From Malacoraja senta (lineage: Eukaryota): a DNA stretch of 64,000 nucleotides. Numbering within the stretch: the stretch's first letter is position 1; each line of letters starts with the position of its first letter. The notes beneath the pieces were generated by a model. It did not search any database. It was not told where the DNA came from and saw only the letters and a list, made by a program, of their open reading frames with translations. Of the stretch, positions 26,101 to 38,935 are shown piece after piece. The position numbers were made by a program, and so were the translations under genes. The stretch is taken from positions 310,001-374,000 of the forward strand of contig JAXLNO010000110.1 in assembly GCA_038087875.1 (NCBI GenBank). Direction: 5' to 3'.

Positions 26101-27451
26101 GTGATGCCTCAGCACTTTGTGTTTGTAGCTGGCTTTGCTTGGTGTCTTGAAGGCAGGGGCTGAAATGGAGAAGAACACTGTCTACTTGCAGCAGACTGTG
26201 TGTGTTTCCAGGCCGCTGAACAAAATCAAATAAAACGGGTCTGCCTTGTGGGAGCTGCTGCGAAAGGAATCCGAGGTTTCCAATGCTCGACCCGAGGATA
26301 CAGAAGGGATTTCTTCTGGGATTCGGGCCAATGTTCTGCATCCAGCCACCGTCAAACACAGCCCTTCTTCCCCCGCTGTTGTTTAAAATATGCAACAGGC
26401 AAAACACTGCCCCGAGGGTTTATTCCTGTGTAACTAGACTTATTGTGCTCCGTCGGAGATTGTGCGTGGAAGAAAGGGAAATATCTGCACCCGTCCACCT
26501 CCGTGCTCATGGACTGGCAGCTCTTTGTCCAGTGCTGACATTCACATCCTTGTCAAATCCCTGCACCATCTTGACTTCACCTGACCTCTGTAACCAGCAG
26601 AGCAGCGCAGTGGGTAGAGCCACTGTAACCAGCAGACCAGCGCAGTGGGTAGAGCCACTGCTTCACTATCCAACCCGGGTCTGGGGCGCTGTCAATAAGG
26701 GATATGAGTAGAATTAGGCCATTCAGCCCATCAAGTCTACTCCGCCATTCAATCATGGCTGATCAATCTCTCCCTCCGAAACCCATTCTCCTGCCCTCCC
26801 CAAAACCCCTGACACCCCGTACTAATCAAGAACCTGTCTTTCTCTGCCTTAAAAATATCCACTGACTTTTGCCTCCACAGACGTCTGTGGCAAAGAATTC
26901 CACAGATCCACCACCCTCGGGCGCCACTGTGTCAGTGGGAAAAACAATCATAGAACATAGAAAAATGGGTGCAGGAGTAGACTATTCGGCCCTTCGAGCC
27001 AGCACCTCCATTCAATATAATCATGGCTGATCATCTGAAATCAGAACCCCGTTCCTGCTTTCTCCCCATATCCCTTGATTCCGTTAGCCCTAAGAGCTAA
27101 ATCTAACTCTCTCTTGATAACATCCAGCGAATTGGCCTCCACTGCCTTCTGTGGCAGAGAATTCCACTCTGCAAAACTGCATCGTTGAAAGATAATACAT
27201 TTGTCCCAGGGAACCCATTCTCAGGACAAAACTAATTTTGGGGAGAGGGTGGTGGGTGCCTGGAAAGCGCTGGCAGGGGTGGTGGTTGAGGCGGATACGA
27301 TAGTGGCGTTTAAGAAACTTTTGGATATGCAGGGATTGGAGGGATATGTTGTTGGTCTTGGCATCATGTGCAGCACAGACATTGTAGGCCAAAGGGCCTG
27401 TTCCCTTCCTGTACTGTTCCATGTTCTCTGTCCCCTCCCCTTTAACTCCCT

Positions 27452-29350
27452 AGCATCCGCACTCTTCCGAAGTCCAGACACCGGGCATTCATGTCTGATG
27501 ATACAGTGGCCTACAAGAAGTCCAGATACGACCTTGGCAAGGCCATCAAAAAGGCCAAAAGGGACTTCTGCTCCAAACTGGAGGATGAGACTGATGTTCG
27601 GCGGCTGTGGCAGGGCCTGAATGCAATCACCTCTTACAAGGCGAAATCAGGAGGCAGCTCGAATGTCGGCGAAACATCACTCCCTGATGAGCTCAATGCG
27701 TTTTACGCACGCTTTGATAGGGAGAACACCGATGTGCCTTGCCTAGCCCCCATTCGCTGTGATGGTATTTCAGTCTCAGTCACAGAGGCCGACGTCAGGA
27801 AATCCTTCAGAGGGGTGAACCCCCGAAAAGCGCCTGGACCTGATGGTATACCTGGTCGTGTTCTAAAAACCTGTGCGGACCAACTGGCTGGAGTTTGTAC
27901 GGACATTTTCAACCTCTCACTTCTGAGGTCTGAGGTCCCCACCTGCTTCAAAAGGGCATCAATTATACCAGTGCCCAAGAAGAGTAAGGTGACGTGCCTC
28001 AATGACCATCGACCTGTGGCACTAACGCCTGTGGTGATGAAGTGCTTTGAGAGGTTGATCATGACGCAGATCAACTCCTACCTCGACAAAAACCTGGACC
28101 CACTGCAGTTCGCTTACCGCCACAACAGATCAACGGTGGATGCGATCTCGCTGGCCCTCCACTCCGCTCTGGACCACTTGGACAACAAAAACTCATATGT
28201 CAGGCTGTTATTCATCGATTACAGCTCGGCATTTAACACAATCATCCTCTCCAAGCTGGTTACCAAACTCGCAGAACTGGGTCTCTGCGCATCCCTCTGC
28301 AATTGGATCCTCGACTTCCTCACACTCAGACCACAGTCTGTTCGTATTGGTGGAAATGTGTCAGACTCGATAACAATGAGCACGGGAGCACTTCAAGGCT
28401 GCGTGCTCACCCCCCTGCTGTACTCACTCTATACTCATGACTGCGTAGCCAGACATAGCGTGAACTCCATCATCAAGTTCGCTGACGACACCACTGTTGT
28501 GGGACGTATTACTGATGGGGATGAGTCAGAGTATAGAAGAGAGATCGAGCAACTGTCCATATGGTACCAGCACAATAACCTGGCCCTCAACACCAGCAAA
28601 ACCAAGGAACTGATTGTGGACTTTGGAAGGAGTAGGATGGGGACCCACAGTCCCGTTTATATCAACGTGTCGATGGTTGAAAGGGTCAAGAGCTTCAAAT
28701 TCCTGGGCGTGCACATCTCTGAAGATCTTTCCTGGTCCAAGAACACTGATGCCATTATTAAGAAAGCACATCAGCGCCTCTACTTCCTGAGAAGATTACG
28801 GAGAGTCGGTTTGTCAAGGAGGACTCTCTCTAACTTCTACAGGTGCACAGTAGAGAGCATGCTGACCGGTTGCATCGTGGCTTGGTTCGGCAACTTGAGC
28901 GCCCTGGAGAGGAAAAGACTACAAAAAGTAGTAAACACTGCCCAGTCCATCATCGGCTCTGACCTCCCTTCCATCGAGGGGATCTATCACAGTCGCTGCC
29001 TTAAAAAGGCTGGCAGTATCATCAAGGACCCACACCATCCTGGCCACACACTCATCTCCCTACTACCTTCAGGTAGAAGGTACAGGAGCCTGAAGACTGC
29101 AACGACCAGGTTCAGGAACAGCTACTTCCCCACAGCCATCAGGCTATTAAACCTGGCTCGGACATAACACTGAACTTTATTAGCCAATACTGTTATTTGC
29201 ACTTTATCGGTATATTGATTCATGTGTGTATATATTTATAGAATGCCTTGTAGTCAATGCCTACTATGTTCTGTTGTGCTGAAGCAAAGCAAGAATTTCA
29301 TTGTCCTATCAGGGACACATGACAATAAACTCACTTGACTTGACTTGACT
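27452..29350 (+). mobile_element. Rex1/Babar LINE copy with 3'UTR and (CTTGA)n tail
   Basis: RT ORF followed by AAGAATTTCATTGTC...ACATGACAATAAA and cttgacttgacttgact. Confidence 0.88.
27491..29167 (+). CDS. Rex1/Babar non-LTR retrotransposon reverse transcriptase (5'-truncated, open frame)
   Basis: 558-aa frame with KAPGPDGI, QFAYR, FIDYSSAFNTI, GALQGCVLTPLLYSLY, KFADD, FKFLG, and the Rex1-type C-terminus (LPSGRRYRSL..TTRFRNSYFPTAIRLLN). Confidence 0.9.
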   Translation: MSDDTVAYKKSRYDLGKAIKKAKRDFCSKLEDETDVRRLWQGLNAITSYKAKSGGSSNVGETSLPDELNAFYARFDRENTDVPCLAPIRCDGISVSVTEADVRKSFRGVNPRKAPGPDGIPGRVLKTCADQLAGVCTDIFNLSLLRSEVPTCFKRASIIPVPKKSKVTCLNDHRPVALTPVVMKCFERLIMTQINSYLDKNLDPLQFAYRHNRSTVDAISLALHSALDHLDNKNSYVRLLFIDYSSAFNTIILSKLVTKLAELGLCASLCNWILDFLTLRPQSVRIGGNVSDSITMSTGALQGCVLTPLLYSLYTHDCVARHSVNSIIKFADDTTVVGRITDGDESEYRREIEQLSIWYQHNNLALNTSKTKELIVDFGRSRMGTHSPVYINVSMVERVKSFKFLGVHISEDLSWSKNTDAIIKKAHQRLYFLRRLRRVGLSRRTLSNFYRCTVESMLTGCIVAWFGNLSALERKRLQKVVNTAQSIIGSDLPSIEGIYHSRCLKKAGSIIKDPHHPGHTLISLLPSGRRYRSLKTATTRFRNSYFPTAIRLLNLART

Positions 29351-30305
29351 AGTAGAATTAGGCCATTCGGCCCATCAAGTCTACTCAGTCATTCAATCAT
29401 GGCTGATCTATCTCTCCCTCCCAACCCCATTCTCCTGCCTTCTCCCAATAACCCCTGACACCCGTCCTAATCAAGAATCTATCTATCTCTGTCTTAAATA
29501 TATCCACTGACTTGGCCTCCACGGCTTTCTGTGGCAAAGAATTCCACAGATTCACCACCCCCTGACTAAAGAAATTCTTCCTCATCTCCTTCCTAGAAGA
29601 ACGTCCTTTAATTCTGAAGCTATGACCTCCAGTGCTGGACTCTCCCACTGGTGGAGACATCCTCTCCACACCACTCTATCCAGGCCTTTCACTATTCTGT
29701 ACGTTTCAATGAGGTCCCCCCCCCCCTCATTCTTCTAAACTCCTGCGAATAAACGCTCATCATAGGTTAACCCACTCATTCCTGGGATCGTTCTTGTAAA
29801 CCTCCTCTGGACCCTCTCCAGAGCCAGCACATCTTCCTCAGATATGGTGCCCAAAATTGCTCACAATATCCCAAATGCGGCCTGACCAGCGCCTTATAGA
29901 GCCTCAGCATTACATCCCTGTTTTTGTATACAAGCCCTCTTGAAATAAATTGAGTTTGCTTTCTATACCACCGATTCGACTTGCAGCTGAACTTTTTTGG
30001 AGTCCTGTACCATGTCTCTTTGCGCCTCCGATTTCTGGATTCTCTCCCCATTTAGAAAACAACCTAAGCCTTTATTCCTACTACCAAAATGCATGACTCC
30101 ACACTTTGCTACACTATCCATCTGCCACTTCTCTGCCCACTCTCCCAACCTGTCTGAGTCCTTCTGCAGAGTCCCTGCTTTCTCTACACTACCTGCCCTT
30201 CCACCTATTTTCGTATCATCCGCAAACTTGGCCACAAAGCTTTCAATCCCCTCGTCCAAATTATTAATATACAACATGAAGAGTAGCGGCCCCAGCACCC
30301 TGCTG
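29351..30305 (-). mobile_element. CR1 LINE RT and 3' fragment
   Basis: LGPLLFMLYINNLDEGIESFVAKFADDTKIGG...[19 protein letters not shown]...FFSQGVVNLWNSLP. Confidence 0.87.
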
Positions 30306-30366
30306 AACCTGCATTACATCCCTATAGACTCCTCTATAATTATAGTTTAACACTAAGGGGTGATAG

Positions 30367-30986
30367 TAGTGTTGCCAACTGTCCCGTATTAGCCGGGATA
30401 TCCCGTATATCGGGCTAAACTGGGTCCCATACGGGGCCACCCTTTTCCCATATTTGACCGCTACTGCTCGGGTCGAGGGGACGATCAGGTTGGGGCACCG
30501 CGTCCGGCCCCGCCTCACCCGTCCCGACGTAGTGCAGCCCATGGAGTGCAGCAGCAGCAGCGCCTCGCCCGTGGCCCCGTCGGTCGGCAGCCCGGCCAGA
30601 AGTCCGACCTTCGGACCTTCGCTGACCGCCGACACCACCACCCCTCCTTCTCATGGCCGATCATGAGTTCATGAGTTGGACGGGGTGCCGGACTTTGCGC
30701 GCGACCTCGCGCGGCCTGGGTTCAGTTTAGTTTATCGTCATGTTTCCCGAGGTACAGTGAAAAGCTTTTGTTGCGTGCTAACCAGTCAGCGGAAAGACTA
30801 TACATGATTACGCAGCCAAAACTCCTCAGCTGGCCCGCCGGCTGGGCTTTGTGTGCAGTCCAGCATCCGAGCCAACCCCTCATTCACCCAGCTATGGCTG
30901 AGTCAGTCAATGAATTGCCGTCAGGAATTTGTCCCTTATTTTGACCTTTTGTCCCTTATTGGGGAGTGAGAAAGTTGGCAACCCTG
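30367..30986. mobile_element. hAT MITE (Blackjack/Tip100-like termini)
   Basis: TSD GGTGATAG at 30359-30366 and 30987-30994. Termini TAGTGTTGCCAAC / GTTGGCAACCCTG. Subterminal GTCCC repeats and a nested Rex1-type tail at ~30720-30810. Confidence 0.88.
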
Positions 30987-31570
30987 GGTGATAGATGGTA
31001 GCTAATTAACGTAACAGGAAGAAACACACAGGTCACAAGGTAGATGATGTAAACTTCAGAGCAGCTGAGTTCAGGATCAAACCCAGGTCCCTGGAGTTCA
31101 GAGCCAGAAGTAACAACACTCGTCCCCAGTGCACCATCGGGCCTAGCTGCAGGCCTCTCTGTCGTAGCTTCCTCTGCCACATTGGTGCTTGTGTGCCACA
31201 AAGTGACTGATAATCAAAGGACGTTGCTGGCTTAAATAATTTGCAGGATTCATAAATTATAGGAACAGAATTAGGCCATTCGGCCCAGTTCAGTTTAGTT
31301 TATTGTCACGTTTACCGAGGTACAGTGAAAAGCCTTTGTTGCGTGCTAACCAGTCAGCAGAAAGACAATACGATTACAATTCAGCCATTTACAGTGAATC
31401 TCCTCCGAACCTTCGATAGGACTTTGCTTAGTTCACATTTTATGTATTAAGTGTAGTTCTCGTCGCCACATCTGCCATCATGTCCACTCCACCATTCAAT
31501 CATGGCTGATCTATCTTTCCCCCACAACCCCATTCTGCTGCATTGTCCCCATAACGCTAGCACACGTACT

Positions 31571-31880
31571 GGTGGTCACGGTGGAGCAGCGGTAGAGTTG
31601 CTGCCTTACAGCGAATGCAGCGCCGGAGACCCGGGTTCGATCCCCACTACGGGTGCTGTCTGTACGGAGTTTGTACGTTCTCCCCGTGACCTGCGTGGGT
31701 TTTCTGCGAGATCTTCGGTTTCCTTCCACACTCCAAAGACGTGCAGGTTTGTAGGTTAATTGGCTTGGTAAATGTAAAAATTGTCCCTAGTGGATGTAGG
31801 ATAGTGATAATGTGCGGGGATCGCTGGTCGGCACGGACCCAATGGGCCGAAGGGCCTGTTTCCGCGCTGTATCTCTAAAC
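31571..31880 (+). mobile_element. tRNA-derived V-SINE (HE1-like), full-length representative
   Basis: A box TGGAGCAGCGG, B box GGTTCGATCCC, V-domain GGAGTTTGTACGTTCTCCCCGTGACCTGCGTGGGTTTTCT, and CR1/HER1-type tail GGGCCGAAGGGCCTGTTTCCGCGCTGTATCTCTAAA. More than 25 related full or partial copies in the window. Confidence 0.88.
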
Positions 31881-32774
31881 TCTAATCGAGAATCTGTCAA
31901 TTTCCGCCTTAAAAATATCATTACCTTGGCCTCCACCGTCTTGTGTGGGCAATACATTCCACAGATTCACCACCCTCTGACCATTGGGCGGCACGGTGGC
32001 GCAGCGGTAAAGTTGCAGCCTCACAGCGCTAGAGACCTGGGTTTGATCCTGACTAAGGGTGCTGTCTGTACGGAGTTTGTACGTTCTCCCGCTTTGGTTT
32101 TGCTCCGCGATCTCTGGTTTCCTCCCACACTCCAAAAACGTATAGGTTTGTTGGTTAATTGGCTTGGTGTAAATGGAAAACTGTCCCTAATGTGTGTAGA
32201 GTATTGTGAATGTGGACTCGGTGGGCCGAAGGGCATGTTTCCGCTCTGTATCTCTAAAACTTTAAAAAATGAAATTCCTCCTCATCTCCTTCCTAAAGGT
32301 GCGTCCTTCACAAGGAAAGTGGGGAAATGTGACTGTCAGGATTTATGGACAAGGGAACCAGCTTGAACACGGAATAGTACAGCACACAATCAGGCCCTTC
32401 AGCCCACCATGTGCCAAACATGATGCCATCTTAAAACTAATCTCACACAAGTTCATAAATTCATGCTCAGAATTGACCATTCGGCCCATCGCGTCTACTC
32501 CACCATGGCTGATCTCTGCCTCCTAATCCCATTTTCTCTGCCTTCTCACCATAACCCTTGACACCCATTCTAATCAAGAACTTGTCTATCTCTGCCTTAA
32601 AAATATCCACTGACTTGGCCTCCACAACCCTCTGTGGCAATGTTCCACAGATTAACTACCCTCTGACTTAAGAGGTTCCTCCTCACCTCCTTTCTAAAAG
32701 AGCGCCCTTTAATTCTGAGGCTGTGCACTCTGGTCCTAGACTCTCCCACCAGTGGAAACATCCTCTCCACATCC

Positions 32775-33257
32775 ACTCTCCTAGATGTCAGCTGATCTAC
32801 ATCGGTGAGACCAAGCGGAGGCTTGGCGATCGTTTCGCCGAACACCTCCGGTCGGTCCGCAATAACCTACCTGACCTCCCGGTGGCTCAGCACTTCAACT
32901 CCCCCTCCCATTCCGTATCTGACCTCTCTGTCCTGGGTCTCCTCCATGGCCACAGCGAGCAACACCGGAAATTGGAGGAAATGCACCTCATATTCCGCTT
33001 GGGCAGTCTACATCCTGGGGGTATGAACATTGAGTTCTCCCAACTCTGCTAGCCCTTGCTGTCCCCTCCCCTTCATCAGCCCTCTGGTTGTCTCCTCCCA
33101 TCCCCCAGCCCTCGGGCTCCTCCTCCGCCTTTTTTCCTTTCTTCTCCCCACCCCCTATCAGTCTGAAGAAGGGTTTCGGCCCGAAACGTTGCCTATTTCC
33201 TTCGCTCCATAGATGCTGCTGAACCCGCTGAGTTTCTCCAGCATTTTTGTGTACCTT
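32775..33257 (+). mobile_element. Penelope-like element fragment (young copy, near-identical to 24905-25210)
   Basis: RCQLIYIGETKRRLGDRFAEHLRSVRNNLPDLPVAQHFNSPSHSVSDLSVLGLLHGHSEQHRKLEEMHLIFRLGSLHPGGMNIEFS*, then a hammerhead at 33163. Confidence 0.88.
33160..33193 (+). ncRNA. Minimal type-I hammerhead ribozyme motif of Penelope pLTR (representative of dozens of copies)
   Basis: CTGAAGA-A-GGGTT TC GGCCC-GAAA-CGTT: CUGANGA core, stem II, GAAA, palindromic ACGU helix III. Minimal hammerheads in Penelope-like elements are established. Confidence 0.6.
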
Positions 33258-33799
33258 CCACTCTATCTATGCCTTTCATTATTCTGTAAGTTTCAATGAG
33301 GCCCCCCCCTCAACCATCTGTGGGTGGGGGGGGGGGAGAGACGGGGAACAAAGGTGGATACTTTGTAACTTTGCCAGTGCCCATTACATGGTGACCGTGG
33401 TACCATGGGTACGCAAGTAAAGAATTTCACTGTGACTTGTATCCATTCAATTCAATATTCAGTTCAGTAAAATAAGACAAATAGACAATAGTAGTGCAAA
33501 GTCAAAAATACCGTCTGCAGGTCTATATATTTTGTGGTTTATTTGGAGGTTGTAGTGTTTAATAGCCTGATGGTTGAAAAAGAAGAGCTGATGGAACCAT
33601 ATAAAATTATGAGGTGTATAGACAGTACATGTTTCCCAAGGAGGTGGGAGGGCATGTCAAAGACTAGTGGGCACCACCACCCCTGGCATCTACCACTGTG
33701 CAAAATGCCCCACATCTCCTTTAAACGTTTCCCCTCTGACCTTAAAGCTGTATCTCTAGTCTTTGACATTCTCCCCCCCCCCCCACCCACACACACAAT

Positions 33800-34235
33800 C
33801 CAACTGCCCTTTCATTGACCATTTATACCTCACGCTGCCTCGGCAAGGCCAGCAGCATAATCAAGGACCAGTCGCACCCCGGTCACTCCCTCTCCTCCCC
33901 ACTCCCATCGGGCAAGAGGTACAGAAGTGTGAAAACGCACACCTCCAGATTCAGGGACAGTTTCTTCCCGGTTGTTATTAGGCAACTGAATCATCATATC
34001 ACATCCCATCACAGAGAACAGTGCTGAACTACTAGCTATTTGATGTCCCTCGAACTATCTTTGACTGGACTTTGCTGGCTTTACCTTGCACTAAACATTA
34101 TTCCATTATCATGTATTTGATTGTGACTATATTGATTGTAATCATGTATTCTCTTTCTGCTGACTGGTTAGCACGTTACAAAAAAACATTTCACTGTCCC
34201 TCGGTACACGTGACAATAAACTGAACTAAACTGAA
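33800..34235 (+). mobile_element. Rex1/Babar 3' fragment
   Basis: IYTSRCLGKASSIIKDQSHPGHSLSSPLPSGKRYRSVKTHTSRFRDSFFPVVIRQLN, then the gtacacgtgacaataaa tail. Confidence 0.85.
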
Positions 34236-36148
34236 AAAGGTACTGTCTACACTATCTAAACGTCTCATAATGTTATACGCTTCAATCAGCTTCCCCTCGA
34301 CCGCCAACATTACACAGAAAACAATCTAAGTTTGTCCAACCTCTTCTTATAGCTAAGGTAGCTACAAAAAACTCCGTGGGTCAGGCAGCATCTCTGGAGA
34401 AAAGGAATAGGTTGTTTCTTCAGCCTGAGTGTTAGGGGAAAGGGAAATGAGATATAGACAGCGATATAGAGATACAGAATATATGAATGCATTATAACGT
34501 TATATATGATGAAATATAACAACAAAATATAAAGTCCTATATAAAATATAACGTCCCTATAGATAATAGAGCTCTTAAAGATAGCGGAGTCACAGGATAT
34601 GGAGAGAAGGCAGGAACGGGGTACTGATTGGGGATGATCAGCCATGACCACAGTGAATGGCAGTGCTGACTCGAAGGGCCGAATGGCCTACTCCTGCACC
34701 TGTTGTCTAATGTCTATAATATCCTCTAATCCAGGCAGCATTCTGGTAAACAACGTCTGCACCTTCTCCAAAGCCCCCATATCGGTCCAGTAATGGGGCG
34801 ACCAGAACTGTATGCAACGCTCCATTGGAGTAATGGTCTCATGTAGCTGCACAGACTCAAGTTCCATTACAATAAAATGCCAGTACTTCCTTTAGTATTA
34901 CTTTAGAGATACAGCAGCATGGAGCCATGCCCTTCGGTCCTCCGAGTCCTTGCCGACTAGCGATCACCCCGCACGCTAACACTATCCTACACACTCGGGA
35001 CAAATTGCAATTTTACTGATTAACCTACAAAGCTGTAAGTCTTTGTAGTGTCGGAGGAAACTAGAGAAAACCCACGCAGTCACAGGGAGAACGTATAAAC
35101 TCTGTACAGACAGCACCCATAGTCAGGATCAAACCCGGGTCTCTGGCGCTGTGAGGCAGCAACTCTACCGCTGCGCCCTTCCCCATCCCCCCTCCATATC
35201 ATGGGATGTGGAGAGGATGTTTCCACTAGTGGGAGAGTCTAGGACCAGAGGTCACAGCCTCAGAATTAGACGTTCCTTTAAGAAGGAGATAAGGAGGAAT
35301 TTCTTTAGACAGAGGGTGGTGAATCTGTGGAATTCTTAGCCACAGACGGGCTGTGGTGGCCAAGTCAGTTGATATTTTTAGGGCAAAGATGGATAGATTC
35401 TTGACCAGTACGGGGGTCAGGGGTTATGGGGAGAAGGCAGGAGAATGGGGTTAGGAGGGAGAGATAGATCAGCCATGATTAAATGGCGGAGTAGACTTGA
35501 TGGGCCAAATGGACTTATTCTGCTCCTATCACTTACGACCTTATGTGCTGATGTTTGTATTTGCGCTGGTAAGATTCATCAAAGGTTTTTAAGAGTGCTG
35601 CTGCACAGAAACACGCTGTTGAAGCCCCCACAAAAAACAGACAAGCACGCAGACAGTCAGCCTGCAGCCACACGGAGTGGCTCACTGCTGGGGTAGATTT
35701 ATTCTCCTTTAAACATGTAACAGCACAGGGACAGGCTCCATGACCCACCATGCTCGTGCTGAACATGATGCCACTAATCTCCTCTGTCTGAACCTGATCC
35801 GTATCCCTCCGTATCCAACCTCTGAAATGCCACGATCAATAGACAATAGGTGCAGGAGTAGGCCATTTGGCCCTTCGAGCCAGCACCACCATTCAATGTG
35901 ATCATGGCTGATCATCCACAATCAGTACCCCGTTCCTGCCTTCTCCCCATATCCCCCGATTCCGCTATTTTTAAGAGCCCTATTTAGCTCTTTCTTGAAA
36001 GCATCCAGAGAACCGGCCTCCACCGCCCTCTGAGGCAGAGAATTCCACACTCACCACTCTCTGTGAGAAAAAGTGTTTCCTCGTCTCCTATCAGATCTGC
36101 TTCTGACCACCACCTCAGTGCAGTGCATCTCAGGCACCCACCAGCGTC

Positions 36149-36184
<36 letters not shown>

Positions 36185-37115
36185 CTATATCTATATAAAC
36201 AACGCCCCTCACATCTCCTTTAAATTCCCCCCCCCCCCGACCTTAAAGCTATGCCCTCCAACCTTTGACATTTTCCACCCTGGGCAACTGATCCATTCAA
36301 ATTGTTGTGACATTATGTCACAGTTGTGCAAGGTGTTGGTGAGTGTTGTTCAGTTTTAGTCACCTTGCTACCGGAAATATGCCGTAAAGCTTTATACAAA
36401 ATGTATAAGCGTTGTAACTTTGTCAGAGCCAGACACACGGTGATTCTTGTCTGCTGCCTCGGTGACGTCTGCTGTATGATTTTACCGGGCTGTATGCAAA
36501 ACAAAGCATGTCACCCTACTTGGGTACATGTGACACTAACGTATGTAAGAAGGGACAGCAGAAGCCGGTTCAAACCGAAGATAAAACACACAAAAGCTCA
36601 GCGGGACAGGCAGCATCTCTGGGGAGAAGGAACGGGTGACAATAAAGCATGATTGAATTGAAAGCATCAACAGCATTGGCGGCCCAGGCCGATTCTTACA
36701 TCACCGACCCAGTGACGCCACCAGGACTACAGGCCTTTAAGGCCAAGATAAGACTCGATATTGTTAAGAACATGAAACTTGAAAGATAGAAGAAAGACTG
36801 CGACTCTTTGTGTACTGCCTCGGAAGAGATCTATTATTTTCTTTACACTACAATAGTTTTGTTTTTTAGTTTAGTTTAGTTTAGAGATACAGAGCGGAAA
36901 CAAGCCCTTCGGCCCAGCGAGTCCCCACCGACCAGCGATTGCCGCACACTAACACCACCCTACAAACCTGCACGTCTTTGGAGTGTGGGAGGAAACCAAA
37001 AATCTCGGAGAAAACCCATGCGGGTCACGGGGAGAACGTACAAATTCTGTACAGACCCTGGCACAGTAAGGCAGTAGCTCTACCGCTGTGCCACTATGCT
37101 GCCCATATACTACAC

Positions 37116-37213
37116 CAGGGGCCGGCAACCTACGGCCCACGGGCCGGATCCGGCCCGTAACCTGAAATCACCCGGCCCGCAGGCGTAACACAAAACACAC
37201 ACAACACTTATCC

Positions 37214-37312
<99 letters not shown>

Positions 37313-37726
37313 ACACACACAGCCAATTCCATATCACAACACCTATCGACTCACTCTCTCTCCGTCCCTACCCTCCCACCCTCTCTTCCATCCTCCCGAC
37401 CACCCGGAGTGAGAGCGCTCCCCACCCTGCGTGAGACTGAAGCGGGCTGAGGGCGGCTTTGGCGAGGCGGTGCTGGAGCGGTTTCCTCGGGAGCCCAGCG
37501 GCGGGCGGGCGGGCTGGAGGAAAGTGAAGCATCAGCGGGTCGGTGGGGAATCCCGCTCCGGCCACTTTAGTTGTCGTTTGTCGTGGAGGTGTCTTTTTGT
37601 TACATATTTGTTACGATTTTTTAAGCTCTCATTAATTATTTATTAACGGTGGCGATAGATGTGGCCCGCCATCCGCTCACAGACATGGGTCCTGGCTCCT
37701 ATGCGGAACACGGTTGCCGACCCCTG
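37116..37726. mobile_element. hAT-Charlie-like MITE
   Basis: TSD TACTACAC at 37108-37115 and 37727-37734. Termini CAGGGGCCGGCAACC / GGTTGCCGACCCCTG. GGCCC subterminal repeats and an internal (AG)n. Confidence 0.9.
37218..37320. repeat. (AG)n(AC)n microsatellite
   Basis: Direct reading. Confidence 0.97.
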
Positions 37727-38619
37727 TACTACACTCTTTTGCTTATGTATGATGATGCTCATGAACATAGAACATAACAGCATAGGAACAGGCCCTTCGG
37801 CCCACAATGTCCGTGCTGAACAAGATAAACGAATCTCCTCTGCCTGCACGTGATCCTTATCCCTCCATTCTCTGAGATGCAATATCCCTGCGTGTGTTGT
37901 GCACAGTTTGCTTTACGGGAAAGTAGCAAACAAAGCATTTCACTGCATCTGTATCTAGGTACATGACATTAAAATAGTTCTTGAACTATTGTGTGTAGTA
38001 TTGGTACAGATATCACAGCATTATTGCACCCTGCAATCCGCGTATCAGTGGAGAGCTAACTCCCTGCCTTCACAGAGAGAATGTTTAAGAAGGAACTGCA
38101 GATGCTGGTTTACACCGAAGATGGACACAAAATGCTGGAGTAACTCAGCAGGACAGGCAGCATCTCTGGAGAGAAGGAATGGGTGACGTTTCAATTCGAG
38201 ACCCTTCTTCAAATATCACTTGCCTCGGCTGAGGCGGTTTTAATCTCTACCTCGATATAACTTTGTGGCGGGAAAATGGAGCTACTAATTCGAGTCTGAA
38301 GAAGGGTCTCAACCTGAAACGTCATCCAGAGATTCTGCCTGATCCGCTGAGGTTTTTTTTGTGCGTCTATTTACGAAGAGAAGTCAAGACTGCCCTTTCG
38401 TTGACCCGAAACGTTGCCTATTTCCATCGCCCCATAGATGCTGCTGCACCCGCTGAGATTCTCCAGCACTTTTGTCTACCTTTGATTTTCCAGCGTCTGC
38501 AGTTCCTTCTTAAACACTTTATCAATGCTTGCCCTCCTTAGGGAGACATAAGTGAAATGATGGCAAATCTTTAACGGGCAGGGCAGACCCGACTAATTTA
38601 GCATCACTAAGTCAGATGG

Positions 38620-38935
38620 TGGTGGCACGGTGGCGCAGCGGTCGAGTTGCTGCCTCACGGCGCCAGAGACGCGGGTTCCACCCTGACTACGGGTGCCGTC
38701 TGTACTAAGTTTGTACGTTCTCCCCGTGACCTGCGTGGGTTTTCTCCGGGAGCTCGGGCTTCCACCCACACTCCAAAGGAGACAGGTCTGTAGGTTTGAT
38801 TGGCTTTGGTAATATTTAAAATTGTCCCTAGTGTGTGTAGGATAGTGATTGTGCGCAGGGATCGCTTGTCGGCGCGGACCCGGTGGGCCGAAGGGCCTGT
38901 TTTAGTGCTGTATCTCTAATCTCTAAACTAAACTA
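38620..38935 (+). mobile_element. V-SINE (HE1-like)
   Basis: ggtggcacggtggcgcagcgg head, V-domain and shared tail. Confidence 0.85.

Noticed and set aside
31571..31650. tRNA gene
   Set aside because: A/B boxes belong to V-SINE heads that run into the V-domain and LINE tail. No intact cloverleaf.
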